From: Guillardia theta CCMP2712
Lineage: Eukaryota; Protista; Cryptophyta
DNA: 64,000 nt
Direction: 5' to 3'
Assembly: GCF_000315625.1 (NCBI RefSeq)
Contig: NW_005434634.1
Location: 396,531-460,530, forward strand
A model generated the notes under the pieces. It was not told the origin of the DNA. It did no database searches and saw only the letters and a list, made by a program, of their open reading frames with translations. Position numbers and translations under genes: made by a program. Shown piece by piece: positions 1 to 13,294 of this stretch (its first letter is position 1; the number at the start of each line of letters is the position of its first letter).

Positions 1-3000
1 GTGAAATGAAGCCCATCGCCGATACGAGAGAGAGTTTCCATGCTCACAAATGGTCCTTTAAAAATCAGACTTCTCTTGTTTCCCGTCGCACTGATGGTCG
101 CTCTCCTATCCGAAGCATCCGCCGCACCTTTTTAGACAAGAGATGTCAGTGAAACGACAAAAAGCAGAGGAGGAGGAGGAGGAGGAGGAGGAGGAGGAGG
201 AGGAGGTGAAAGGGGATAAGAAGTTCAGGAAAAGAACCTGAGAGATCCTGAGGAACACTTGCCGTCCCACCGAGACTGACAGCTCTATTCTTGTCAGCCG
301 AAACGCCAAGGCCAAGATCTGCCTGTAGCTTTTCGTATTCTTCAACCGAGACTTCTTCCATGGTTCCGAGGTCTTCACTGGCTTGCGAACTTGTACGTTC
401 GTGCTTGGATGGCAGGCTGTGGCTGTCAGAATTCTCCTCATCGACCTCATGAGTCTCGATGACGGGAGTGATCATCGGCGAGGAAGAGTCAAACACTTCT
501 TCGTTCTTGCCTGTCATCAAGGCCAGAACTAGGAAACTATCGATGAAATCTCCATCAAGAATGCGATTGTGGAAGGCGTCGCAGGAATTGAAAAGTTTCT
601 GAAAGACTTGGAATACCATGTTCAAAAATCCGCGCAAGTCCGAGTTGTCAACATACTCTGTTTATGCGTCAGCAAACTGTCATTTTTCAAACAAAAAAAT
701 CATAACCTTTATCGTTCTCTTGACCTGCTAAGTCAGAGAATTTGAGAGCGCACTGGTTGTTCCATGTCTGAATATCAGCAGAAGCTTCCCCAAGAAAGTT
801 CGATAGCTTCCTCAGCATACACTCTATTAAAGTAAGGCATTCTGGGAAAACAATTGTTCCAATTGAAACGTCCAGCACTAGCTTCTCGAAAACACCACCG
901 TCGATGACTTCCGGGATATTTGTGAAGGAATTCCCATACAAAAAGTGGATCAGAAGGTAGTAAACATGAGGGCTTTTGCAATGGTCCTCGAAATGTTGTT
1001 CCAGTTCCTGTATGCAACTTTTCTGCTTGAATACTTTGGCATGCTTGTTCTTTGATGTCACATGTACCATAATAAGTTGGAGTGTCAAGATAAATGTTCG
1101 AATGTTCACACGGCCATTCAAAATATGCATCAAAAACCTCAAATTGATGATTTTCTGGAATTCGTCACTGAGCAACTCTTGTCCTGCCGATTGTTTCCTT
1201 TTCATTTCATTGAGAGCGGTCGTGAGAAGCAAGTTCCTGATGTACACCTTGCGCGACATTGATTCTACCTTCTCGTGGGAAGCCTCGTCAGGCGCAGCCG
1301 TCCCAGGGGCAAACGAAGAGCTCTTGACAAGGTTCGGCTCATTGTCTGAGGAACCGCCTGACAGCGTAGCGAGAATCGCCCTAGCGAGGCACTGCAGATC
1401 TTCCTTGCGGTAGTGGAATCTCAGCAAGAACGCCACCATCTCGATGATGCTGCGCACTCCCTCCAGAGAGATCGGCTTCGTGTCATCCAGCAAGACGTGC
1501 AGAAAGCTTTGAAATGCACCAACGATGGCCAACCGCTGGAAGTTGAACTCACTCTGCTTTGAGCAAACCGTCTCGGAGAGAAGCTTGTACAGCTGATTTT
1601 GAAGTGCGGGATTTGCCTCCCTCCACAGATCTCTGCATAAGATAAGATCTTTGAATGCAAAGGGGTTCGAGAGAAATCCAGTGGCAGGACATTCCGTATT
1701 GATCCCCACGATCTCGAACACAACTTGGGCTGAGATCTCATCAAGAAGGTGACTTCTTCTCAGTAGCAAGAACAGAATCAAGTAGTACCCATCACAATTC
1801 ACCATCGACTTTAGATTCCTCGCATTCTTCTGTAAGATCGAACTGATCAAGCAAAGGACCTGATGGAGGGTGTCCGAGTCATCCGCCTCGCTCAGGATTC
1901 CAAAGACAATCCCAAGACCACCAAGATAATGTATCAGATCCGACAACAAAAGCCCATGGAAAGCATGCACAGATTCCGTCAAGACTGTCTTCGTGCGGAA
2001 ACTATTTTCCGAACGGACTATGTCAGACAATTTACAGTCCGCCGATTCGGGTAGTGCAACAAAAGTCAGTTCCTTTTGGTCATCATACTTGAAGATTGAT
2101 GGGATCGAACTTTGATAGCACAAAGCTGAAGCCGAGCACATGAATTTGACCGATGAAGGGGACAAGGCTCCAATGGGAGGAGGGTACAACCTGTCTCCAA
2201 GCATCGATGCCTTTGAGATCTTCTGGTACATTCTGATAACTTCTTCATTGTAAATGTCTAGCGGAACCAAGGGGCTCAATTCCGTTGACAAGCAGAGCAA
2301 CTGGCCATTTCCAATGAGATACATCGCAAGAATGAAGCCCGGTGCCAGGGCTTCATCAATCACGTAGAGGTCACCGACTCTTAGTAGAGCAGAGATTTCT
2401 TCCCAGTCATCCTCCCCTCTCTCAACAGCTTTGGTGACGCCATCCCCTCCAAACAGAAGTCGAAATTTCTGCCGGGTAGACGCCATGCCTGCTGCAACTC
2501 TAAGGTCTGCCATGTTTCTGTCCACGGTCACTTTGACTGTTTCGGTTTCTGTTCCGTTGATGTACAGCGTAACCCAGTCAGACTGTAATATCTGCCTTTG
2601 GTAAACTATAGCGAGGTGATATATCTTACCGAACTCAAAAACTGGGTTTGAAAATGTGATGTCAAATCTTCCAGGGGAAATGAGATTTAGATGCCCGTCT
2701 TGTATATTAGCTTCAAAAACTGACAAACTTGTATCAATAGACTTGAAGCTGAAGACCTTTGCACTCGGTTTCAGAACTTTCAGGCTTCGTTGTCGCGGGT
2801 TTGCTTTGTCATCTTGGTATGAATGTCTGTCAATTTCTATCCAGCCACAATATGAAAATCCCCCAACTGGAGGCCAGAAAATGCCATCAGACACAGGCAT
2901 TTCGATCATATATGGACACGGCGTTCTGCAATTGATGGGAGATTCGAAATAAGAAAAACCCTGGGAGCTGATTGTCGAGTTAAATGACCCCACTCCAGAG

Positions 3001-6000
3001 TTTGCATCCAGCAATGTCTTCAGTGTTGTATTGAAATAGTTACTATCCGTGTCTGGTCGCAAGAATCGAAACAATGAACGAGCGTCATAAAGAGACAGTC
3101 GATGCCGGCATAAAGAAATGAGTAGATCGTTGAGAATCTGATGAAGTCCTGCACCATTGTTTTGCACATCAAACAAGATATCCTGATATACTGTCGACAG
3201 GACAAATAGCATTCTGGCCTGGGAGAAGGATCTCTTATTTCTTGCTGATGCTCGGGCAAGAAGTAGAATCGCCTTGGCAGCTTGAGTTTGACAATCACGG
3301 TGGACTAGTTTGACCCCTGTAAGAGCCAGAACTGCTGCGTCTGCAAACCTCACCAGTCGCAATTTTCTCCCATCTCCATTAGGTGTACGGTGTTCGTTAC
3401 GAGATGATGACATAGAATAATCTCCCCACCTGTTCAAGAACAGCGCAATGTCGGTGTTCTCGTCATAGTTTGAGCCCGCTGAAAACTTGAGCTTCAAGTC
3501 AATGGCATCAAAGCCAACATTGCCTTTCTCCTCCAAGCTAGGAAGCTTTTCAGTGGCTATCCCCAATAACATTCCAACAGCCGTGAGACCTTTGCCTATT
3601 TCCAGCAGACGACTTTTTTGCAAAGCACTCAGGAGCTCGACACAACCGATTCTATCCCATAGATCATCCCTTACACTAGAACAAAAGCTCATTGCATAAC
3701 TCAAAAATTTGAACAAAATTTCAGAAAGTGCAAGCCGTTGAACCGTTGAGCCTGCAGAATCAATTTTCCCTATATCCCCTAAGACATCAATCGCTTTTCG
3801 AATCCAGCCATCCCTTAATTCTGGCGCAATTCGAGGATGCAAGTATGCCAATTTCACCATAGCTCTGAAAACATCATACCTCAAGCTGACTTGATCATAC
3901 GATGACTCTTTGACAACTTCTAGCAACCCTTGCAAGTCATTCTCCATCAGATGTTCATCTTCAAGAACAAATCGGCACAGTATCCTGCAAACAAGGTAAA
4001 TTGACTCATCATCAATCATATCAGCCTCCCAACCTTAAAGCCCCAGGACGCCACGAATCAAATGAAATCAGGTCAAGACATGTCCTGATGATTCCCTCTT
4101 CCCTGGCAGAGGCCACACTATCCTGAGCAAGGATCAGTTCAATCGTACAGAATAGATTGTTACGAACCTTGTTTCCTGTGACAATTGTAATGAGCACTTC
4201 AACAGCCATCTCGAACGTGCTCGGTACAACAAAAGACGACTGATAATCAGCAGATTCATACTGCTCTGACTGTAAACTAGCATCGTCCTTCATATTAAGT
4301 TGATTGAAAACACTGTGCAATACTGGATCGTCTTTGGGATCTACATCTTGGATCTGGTTTTGTACTTTGTCACCATTGGAATCGGCGTGTATCATAACAT
4401 TGTCGATTTTATCGATGAAATATCTCAGAACATCCAAGGCAGCTTGACCAACTTCAGTGGGTTCGACTGTTTCCATATTTGCAGTCCCTCCCCGTGCAAC
4501 CTCGAGTAGCAACGCAAGAAACAAATCGAATGGAGCACTCCAGACAACTGGAACTAGGTTCAACACATTGTTCTGATCTATCGCTTGCCAAATGCGATCT
4601 GCCAAAACTTCTACTTCATCTGGTGACATTCCAGAGAGTTCCTCATTCACAAAATGAAAGTCGACATGTTTGCTGATACAGTTCACCAAGTTCGAATATG
4701 ATATCTGGTTCTGATCATTGGAATACAACCCAGCACGATTCAAGATCATTCGAAAGTAAGCTTTGGCAGCAGATGCAAATCCCTGCCATTGAAAGTGTTC
4801 CACTGACATTTTGGATCCAGCAGACTCAACTTTTTCTACATTTAGGTATTGAATTGCAAAGGACATTCCGGGCACGCAACTGTAGACCGCAGGATAAAGC
4901 TCAGAACCATTCACACCCTCAAATTTTACAGTTCTCATTCCAGTTTGTGAGAAGCTTAGACACATCGTCACTGGATCATATGAAATTAAGATCTCACACA
5001 AATTTCCATTCCATTTGAAAGGAACAAGATCAGAATGCTTTGCAGAAGAATTCTCCAGCTGACCTTTGTCATTATAGAAACATGCGAAAGGCATCGACGA
5101 TGTCGGAGGCACTTTTTCAAAAGATGATACTTGCAAAAATCCTTTGCTGGCAAGACCAACTCCACAAGTCGGAAAGCAGAATTTTGAAGGGGAAATTCGC
5201 TTGACAGTTACAATGAACTTAACGCGTCTGTACGACAAATTGTTGTGATTAATTGCTCCAAAATACTTTTTGTCATCCCTCAATTTCGTGACAACGTCCT
5301 CTACGGTCAGCAAAGATCCGTTGTCGTCAACCAACCACTTGTTCAGATTGGTGTCATTACCGCTCATTTCAGGAAGTGGCAAAATTCTTGGAGACACGAA
5401 CATTCTAAAACTCTTCAGATGATTGAGCATAACGTGAAGAAAACCCGTCTCTCTCAGAATATCCGCTAATCTTTCGTCGTATTGCATCCACTTCAGAATC
5501 TTCCCAAGAGCAAAGTTCGCCGTTCCTTGCCGCCAAGTGACATCCATGTGGCGAGTAAGTAAGCATAAGTGTTGTAGAGGAAGAACATTATCTATAGTCA
5601 AGACGTATTCCAATACTTTCATGACTCGATCCTTCAAGCTATGCTTCAAAACATTCATCGACTCCATCGCAAACGTGAGAAGCGAAGAGTCTTGTACAGC
5701 AAAGAAATTCAAAGGATGTTCCGCAAATATAACAAAAGCCATGTCAAGGATCTAGGCAACAAAATAAGGTTGAAGTCAATAGCAATATACGGTGTACCTG
5801 CATTCTCAACGCATCTTCCGGAATCATTTGCCACAAGTCTGCAAAGACATCAAATACTCGAGGGTTGCAAACTTTTCTTCCAGGAACAGAAGCCAATTCA
5901 ACGTCATTTTTGCTGTCAGAAATAACATGTGTCTTGCCATTGAATGGCTTTGGAACAACCTCATCACCTTTGAGACTGTTCTCATCTTTCTGTTCAAGGG

Positions 6001-8226
6001 CATATCTCTCTGTCATCAGCACAGACGGTAATTGTCCAACGAATGCAAACTCTTTTGTGATATCCATCAGGTGATTGATCGCCTGAATTTGCGGCATGAC
6101 AGAGCATCGCGCCACAGCACAGTCTACATTCCATATGCTCAATTCCAACATTTCGCGGGCAGTTTCAAGAGTAACTGCACCGTTTAGTTTTCCAGTACCT
6201 GCGACTGGCAGTCAGCGGAAACTCTCGTCCTTGAGAGGAATGAAGATAGAGACATGCGATAAAGACCAACCTTTGAAGCTTGCTCGTTTTCGAATGACTC
6301 AGTCATGGCTTCATGTGCTGCAGTACTTGGCCTCCTTTCTCTGTCTTGAATCACTTCTCGGCAGACGGTTAAAACCTTAGGATGCGCCTTGGGGTCTTGA
6401 CCCTGAACTTTCAGTCTAACGTTTGTCCCGGAAGGACCTCGGAGTCTGCCCATAACCCCCTCTAGGTCTAGCTCGGAAAGAACCGCATCATCGACACTTA
6501 GTATGACATCCCCCAGTTTCAAATCGCCATGCTTTTGAGCAGGGCCACCCTCCACTACTCGTGAGACGAAAAAGCATTTCGAACCGTCTGCTTCGTCCTT
6601 TTGAGTAATCCCAATTCCTATCCCTGCAAGGAATGGATTAAAACAAATCATGTAATTCAATGCAATTGCTCACCGCTGTAATCAAGATTCGTGTCCCCAG
6701 CCCCAAGGTATGAAAGGGTATGTGCAAATAACGACTTTCGAACAAGCTCTGCCGAAATTTCTAGATTCCAATCACATGCCTCCAGTACTCGTATAGCAGT
6801 ATTTTTGTAAAGTGATCCACAGGCTTCAAACGCCAGTCTTCGGGCCTTATAGATTCTCACGTCTTCCTGGCTGACTGAATTCTGGTGACCCGCATCTTTC
6901 CACTCCACATTGAAATCCAATTTAGGATCTTGAGAAGCTCGTCTTGCATCTTTAACTCCAAGTTCATCAATAAATTTACCCTGTATGACAAGTTTCAACA
7001 AGACTCCAAAAAGCAAATGACATTCAGGAATAGGTACCTTGACATAGATTTGGAGGCATAGCTTTACAATGAACTCCTTCAAGAGCGACAGAGGATGGAA
7101 AGACAAAACATGATCAACAAATTCATATTCGCCTATCATGTGCGCCGACACACTTGACTGCACCAAATCATATTGTAAGAAACAAGAAACTCGAAAGTAG
7201 CAACTCAAAGCTAAAGCCTGACCTGCAGTAGAACTTTGAACAAACCAATCACGCCAAGGAGATTAGGCAAGGTATCTTGATTTAACGCTGAATTCAATGC
7301 ATCAACCACCGTCTGTAGCAGCATATTTCGCTGTATATGGAGTACAAGCTCACGGCACATTCCATTCCAAAGTACAGTCAACAGGATGTCAACCTGCTCA
7401 TTTAAATCAAGGAAATGCCGGTCATACAACAAACACTCACAGCATGAACTTCCACCCAACGAGAGAATCCAGCTTGATACGGTTTGACTGCTTGGCCAGT
7501 CATATGGATCAGACCTCGAATGGCATCTCCTCGGACAAGATCTTCCACCTGAATCAAAGTGCTTTAGATTGAACATTCAGCAGCAAAATCTCATGTCACC
7601 GCTATTTGTACGCCTTGCAACTTCGCAGCACCCTCTTGGTGTATTGTTAACGAGGAGAATATATGTCTCAGTGCCCGAACAATCATATTGAGCGCTTTGT
7701 TCAAGTCTTCAGCTGTTAAATTCATTTCTCCGTGCTGTCCACTTTCGAGCAAAACTGACACAGTCTGCATCCTGGCGAGCAGTTTCACCAGCATGGAAGG
7801 TACTCCGACACCGCAGACTGGGGTGAGATCATCTACAGAATGCAGGGAAAGCAGGAAGCTTGATAGAATGAATTGAGTGTTCAAACTACGAGCTTCCTCG
7901 ATTCCTGTGAAGAGGTGCAAAACTAGCTCGTCATCCTCCTTGGAAATATTGCGTATGAGATATCTGCAGAGAACTTCTATGAATTCAGCAGCTTCATCCA
8001 AAGAGCTTCCAAGTGCCTTGCGAATAGCCTCTTTGTTAGCGCCCCTTGGGAACAAATTCTCGTAAGCCTTTCTAAGATCGGCAACATCGCTGTGAGATAT
8101 CAGAAAATCCCTTTGGCCTTGGGCAGCCTCTGCCCATAGTTCCCCTAGACGGTCTAAAACGACGGGATTACGCTTCCCGTGATCATCTGCAGCATTGCTG
8201 CCCCTGAAATTTAGATACTTCTTCAT
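1..8226 (-). CDS. 5' part of a large BEACH-family (WDFY3/ALFY/SPIRRIG/neurobeachin-like) protein, multi-exon, continues beyond position 1
   Basis: Chain of minus-strand ORFs (7591-8283, 7211-7576, 6657-7208, 6184-6660, 5744-6151, 4021-5742, 687-4019, 146-637) joined by short GT-AG introns. ConA/LamG-like segment (WPPVGGFSYCGWIEID...YHLAIVY...VTLYING) and the following helical segment (LGGLGIVFGIL...NARNLKSMVNCDGYYLI...LSNPFAFKDLILCRDLW) resemble ALFY/NBEA N-terminal regions. The BEACH/WD40 domains are not in the window. Start placed at MKKYLNFR (8226). Confidence 0.75.
167..205 (+). repeat. (GAG)13 microsatellite inside a predicted intron (minus strand, 237..128) of the BEACH gene
   Basis: 13 perfect GAG units. 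Minus-strand donor CAG|GTTCTT at 237 and acceptor AAAAG|GT at 128 restore an open frame. Confidence 0.9.
6184..6630 (-). other. PDZ domain exon within the BEACH gene
   Basis: GIGIGITQK...FFVSRVVEGGPAQKHGDLKLGDVILSVDD...VMGRLRGPSGTNVRLKV matches the PDZ pattern. Confidence 0.85.
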
Positions 8227-8439
8227 CGAACGAAGGCTATCCTCATCCGAGCAGCAAAACTGTTCAAAGTTGTAGGTGAACAAGGAAAAACATTCCTGAT
8301 AAAGGCGATGAGGTGCAGAGCGCAGGAACTATGAGAAGAAGGGAGCTGCGACGAGGAAGGTCAAGATCAGGAGGATGTTGTACAGAGACGACAGATGCAA
8401 TCCCGCATATGATGTCCCCTGCAAGGCGACGGGCGCATG

Positions 8440-8745
8440 TTCATCCCCATCCTACGCCTTACCCCCCCACCCCCACCCCTCTAAACAACATGTACCCCCC
8501 TGTTGTCCATGCGAACCTTCAACTTCGTAATACTACCCCACCAAATTACAACAAATTAGCAGGTTCTCAACTTACCCTACCCCTATAAAAGTCCTAACCC
8601 CCCGGTATTGATTTGTTGTTACTCCTCCACTGCACTGAGTCTCTAACCCACCACTATCCACTAGCCCTATATTCTGGAAAAGGACCCCGTGAGGACCCTC
8701 ACCCCACCCTAGATGAAAGGTTCAGAATTCCACCCACCCCTACAT
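8440..8745. promoter_or_regulatory. C-run/TACCC-rich divergent promoter region between the BEACH and FkbM genes
   Basis: Dense CACCCC/TACCCC runs, TACCCTACCC at 8573 followed by CTATAAAA. Lies between head-to-head genes. Confidence 0.4.
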
Positions 8746-9109
8746 CACAAGTAAAATTACTCTTTGGGAACATGAAAGATGGTAGACCAGAGACGCATGA
8801 CCAACAATGATGGTTGAACCAGAGCAGAGAAGGTGCAGAGCAGCTGGGTGCAGAGTGCAGGAGAAGATGGTAGACCAGAGATACCTTGCTTCCGATGACA
8901 TGGCCAGTGACTGACATGGCGCCGGGTCAGGGGATACCAGGGGATACCAGTCGGTCACAACAACATGTCCCGCTCCCTCTTCATCCCTCCATGACATTCT
9001 CCTGTGCAGTCACCCTCACCCACTATAAAGTTCTCTCCCTCTGACTCCCCTCCCTTCTCCTTGGCTCAGTTCGTACCATCTGTGTTCAGCTCCTTCCTGT
9101 TTCTCCCTA

Positions 9110-10457
9110 ATGTACAGGGCTGAGAGCGAAGAGGAGAAGCCTCAACGGTGGCCAATAATCCTTCCTGTAGCTTTCAGCATAATCGGTGTGCTTGCAATTG
9201 TATCTTGGTGGCTGTGGGTAGGCAAGATTGCTGATAGCCCCAGAAATCGAAAGCCGGTGACAGCTCAGGAAATAGATTTTTTGTTTGCGAAATGCCAGAT
9301 GTCAAAAAGCGACGTATACACAGCAAGGAATGGAAAAGTAGCACTAAGACCAAATCGAAGAAGAATCCTTGAGGATCAATGCAAGGGCATTTCAAACGGA
9401 CTGATCGTTCCAGCTTCCTCAGACTGTCCATTTCTGATGGTCGTTTACCCGTTCAAAGATGGAACTTACGACATCGTGAGCAACAGCGTGAGACTGAGCG
9501 GACTATGGGAGCCACAAGAGAGCAGTATCATCCAGAGCCTTCCTCGTCCTTCTTTCTTTGTGGACATTGGGGCAAACATAGGTTGGCATTCCCTCCTCGC
9601 TCTCTCACTTGGACACCGAGTGGTTGCCTTCGAGCCGCTGCATTCCAATGTGAACCTTCTCCAGCATAGTCTTTGCTTGAACCCAGGGCTTCGTGAGAAT
9701 CTCGAGTTGCACACCGTTGCACTTACTGACCAAAAACAGCATGACTGCCGCATTGCTTTCCAAGACAGTAATGCAGGCAACGGTGTACTGCTGTGTGGGA
9801 ATCAGAGCAATGGAGATCCCCGAGGTGTTGAGCAGAATGCAGAAAAAACGAAGATAGGCAGACTAGATGATTATCTCCATCCTGGTCAGGATATTGACTT
9901 GATCAAGGTTCGACGTGAATGGTAGAGATTGGTCCTTGAAATTCACTAGATGACAGATAGACGTCGAGGGAAACGAGCTTACAGTCCTCAGAAGTGGTGA
10001 AAGGCTGTTTGACAGAAGCACGGGGCATCGACCGCCTGCACGCATCATTTCAGAGTACTTCTATAGTTGTTCTATAACTTGTTGTTCAGATGATGAGTTC
10101 GTAGGTTCGCTCCCAGATTGATTAACGAACTTGGTGATAACCCTGCAGATTACTTGAGGTTTCTTGACAGCAAGGGATACCTGGTGTGTGATCACCTTGT
10201 GGAGTGAGCCCAGACTTATGCCAATTGCAGTTGTATCACATTGAGAGGAATGTCGAAGCTTGGGACAAACCTCTACACGAAGCCGACTCCTCCCTGACAA
10301 GAACCAAGACACCGGTATGAGTAATACCAAATTTTCGCCCTTTTTTCATTTTTATTTTGAGCAGATCCTGTACAGCGAGTTTGACGTTTTTACCCTGAAA
10401 CACTGGGATGCAATTCTAACAATAGATGCGATTCTACCTCGAGATCGCAAAACCTGA
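9110..10457 (+). CDS. FkbM-family (Methyltransf_21) SAM-dependent methyltransferase with N-terminal signal anchor (type II membrane), 5 exons
   Basis: TM segment IILPVAFSIIGVLAIVSWWLWV. Motifs FVDIGANIGWHSL, VVAFEP, and LDDYL...IDLIK|IDVEGNEL after splicing 9908-9957. Further short introns lead to the stop at 10457. Confidence 0.9.
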
Positions 10458-10485
10458 CGACAGGCCATGATACGGTCGACGAGGG

Positions 10486-12862
10486 CTACCGCCTCTTATG
10501 ATTTTCGCTATGTTTTTGATTCATGAAGTTTGGAGGAAGCTCGTAACGGAAGCCAATGGCATGACGTTCAACTGCTGCCTCGACTGCATGTGCTCCAAGT
10601 TTCAAGATGCTGTCTGGAACTCCAAGGCCTCGCAGTGCACGAAGGGCTGCTGCACAGATATCATGAGCCGATGCATCTTTCCTGCCCGTGAACCCAACTT
10701 CGAGGGATAGATACTTGCCCCCCATCTCGAATCCCTTGGTAACAGCCTGCGCTGCCCCGGAGTATTTACGCAACAGGCTGACCAACTCGAGCTTCAGTTG
10801 CAGGTCTTGTCGTGTCAAACTTCCAGCAATCACGTCTGCAGCTTGGTTCCGCACTTGCAGCTCTGAGTCCTCGAGGCATTTCAGGAGCGGCCGAATGGCT
10901 TCGGGGTTTCCACTTGGAACATTGGACAGCGAAGCAATGGCGGCGATACGCACTCTTTGTATACAATCAGAGGAAATTGAAGATTTGCCGGGTTACCGCT
11001 TGTCTTCGTCCCTCAATGCCCCAATCACTGTTGGGCTTGATCCTGAGTTCCACAGCACAGGCTTGATCAGGTTTCTGACGGCACCATGAAGTGCTCGGAG
11101 GCCTGACAAATCATAAGTGGACAAATCATGGCGCCTGCAATTGTACTTGCAGCTCTGGTGAGAGGACTGGAGTGTTGCAGGAGGTCCAGAACATCCTTCA
11201 TTCGGGAGTTTCCTGAAGAGACGATGTCATCCAAGACCTGCTCCACCTGTCAGAGCAGCTCGAGCTAGTCTAGCACTTCCTCTGCCGCACTATCAAGTTC
11301 GTCTGTATTCTTTGTGTCGGGGTTCTTGAGAATTCCAAGTACAAGATCATATGCCCAGTCCTGCGAGGACGAAAGCGTCTGAAGGTGATGGGCTGTGTCA
11401 GGATGACCTATGTCCAAAAAATGCTATCACCTGTTTCACAGCACTGATGATCCAAGATATCGATTTTCGCCTCACAGCCGAAGACTGGAAATGTCAGGAC
11501 AGAAAAATAATACAACCATGCACCTTATGAGCGAATAAATCAATTGCTGATCTGACAGGTCCTCGACTTTGTTTGACTGAATCAAAATCGAGATGATCTA
11601 GTACGGAAAGGACGACATCATCGCATTCATCTCGTAATGCCCGTATCAGTAGCTTCATGTAGTGCTCCTTCACTTTCAGATCTTCGCTCTGAGAAACAGT
11701 GAACATCAAAAAGAAGTGGCTCAGAAAAGGTTTCACCTCGTCCTCCAGCGATGATTTCTTGAGAGCGATTGAACGACTGTTGGTGTTGTGCCCTTTGACA
11801 GTTTCAAGAGACGATCCCTGAGTGTTCCAATCGGAGAATCACAACTCCAGGGGAATTTGTAATATGAGGGTTGGAACCTGCAACTTCCTCGCAATGACAT
11901 GAATGGCATTCATCCGCACAACCGGATGCCCATCGACAAGCGCATGTTGCAGGCCTTCCATGACACGAGAGTCTGCTCGATCCTCCAGTTCAAACGACCT
12001 CACAGCAGCCTAAGCAAGTTCAAAAGGGGTCAAGGCCAAGCTTAAGATGACATGACTCACAATGCGTATGCTCTCCAGCTCATTCTCGAGCATCGAGCAT
12101 CGCATGCTCGTCGTGAAGGAATCGATCCTGGCAAGGATAACTTCCTGTTTTCTTCCCTCTCAGCCAAAAAGAATGTTCAATCTTTCAGGCACCTGAACCA
12201 TCTCGCGGATGGTAGGCACGCGATCTTGGGAAAGTGAAAGGATTTTCGACGCAACCTTCTCGTTTTCTTGACGTGCGCAGACATTCTTGAGACCCTTAAG
12301 TGCATGCAGCCTGCAGCTAGTTCAGGCCCTTGCGTATGACTGCTGTGATTGACCTGACAGAGGGGTCTTCATCCTCAAGCGCCTTCGCAAGGACGTCGGT
12401 CACTTCTCCAACTATGTTGGACTCCGACAGCAGCTCCACTGGGAGGAAGGATTGATTGTGATTAGAGCAACAAGACAGAGAAACCTTCTCATACCTGCTG
12501 CTGTTCTCACGTGCGGGTCCTGTTCGTGATGTTTAGCTTGCGATCATTTGGCTCATGTCTATCAAAACCTGGTGTTCTGCTGCTTGAATCATGGCAGCGA
12601 CGACACCTGGACTTTCATTGCACCGTGCCTTCATCATCATCATGTGCAGGAATCTTTCCTTGAGCATGGGGTCTTGGATCTCGGCAATCAGCTCTAGCTC
12701 GTCCTCATGGGACGAGGCTTGTCCAGCGCTCACATACCCTTGAGCCGACATTCGTCATGTCGATAGAACCGGCCAGGACGACTGGCAGCTACATGTAAAA
12801 ACAGTCAACATCGGGAGTGAGCTCACCTCAGCAAGGTCAAATACAAGAAGTAGAGGCAGCAT
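10486..12862 (-). CDS. HEAT/ARM-repeat protein, many exons, 5' end uncertain
   Basis: Repeated HEAT signatures in successive exons: LEDEDPSVRLHALKGL, DGHPVVRMNAIHVI, LRDECDDVVLSVL, DEDKRVRIAAIASL, LEDSELQVRNQAADVI. Confidence 0.75.
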
Positions 12863-13294
12863 TGTTGATGTTCCAACACTGATTCCTGCCAGCAGAGTGA
12901 AGGTAATGTCAAAGAAAATCTCGAGGCTTTGCCATCGGATTGGAGAGAGGGGATGCAACTAGTTGATCGAGCCGAAGTTGCGAGCTATCAAACGATTAAC
13001 ATCGGACGGTGCCACGGTGAGCTCGAAACGTTGGACCGCCGATCTGAAAGTCAAGCCTCAGGCCCGCCATCACCGTCAGCGCGGCTGGTGACCGCACCGG
13101 CATCCAAGGCTACGACAAAACAACCAGAGTTCAAAATTGAGCTTTATTACATACGGATGCAGGAGATACATTGAATCTCTCAGTTTGGTAATTTTAAATG
13201 CACATATGCGATAGGCTTTCTCCTTCGAAAGCAACAACAAAGTTCATTCAGTACAAATGCAACCATGTTGAGTAGAAATGACATACTGTGAACT

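Noticed and set aside
106-450. Poly-Ser and poly-Leu tracts in ORF translations
   Set aside because: They come from the (GAG)13 microsatellite, which lies in a predicted intron.
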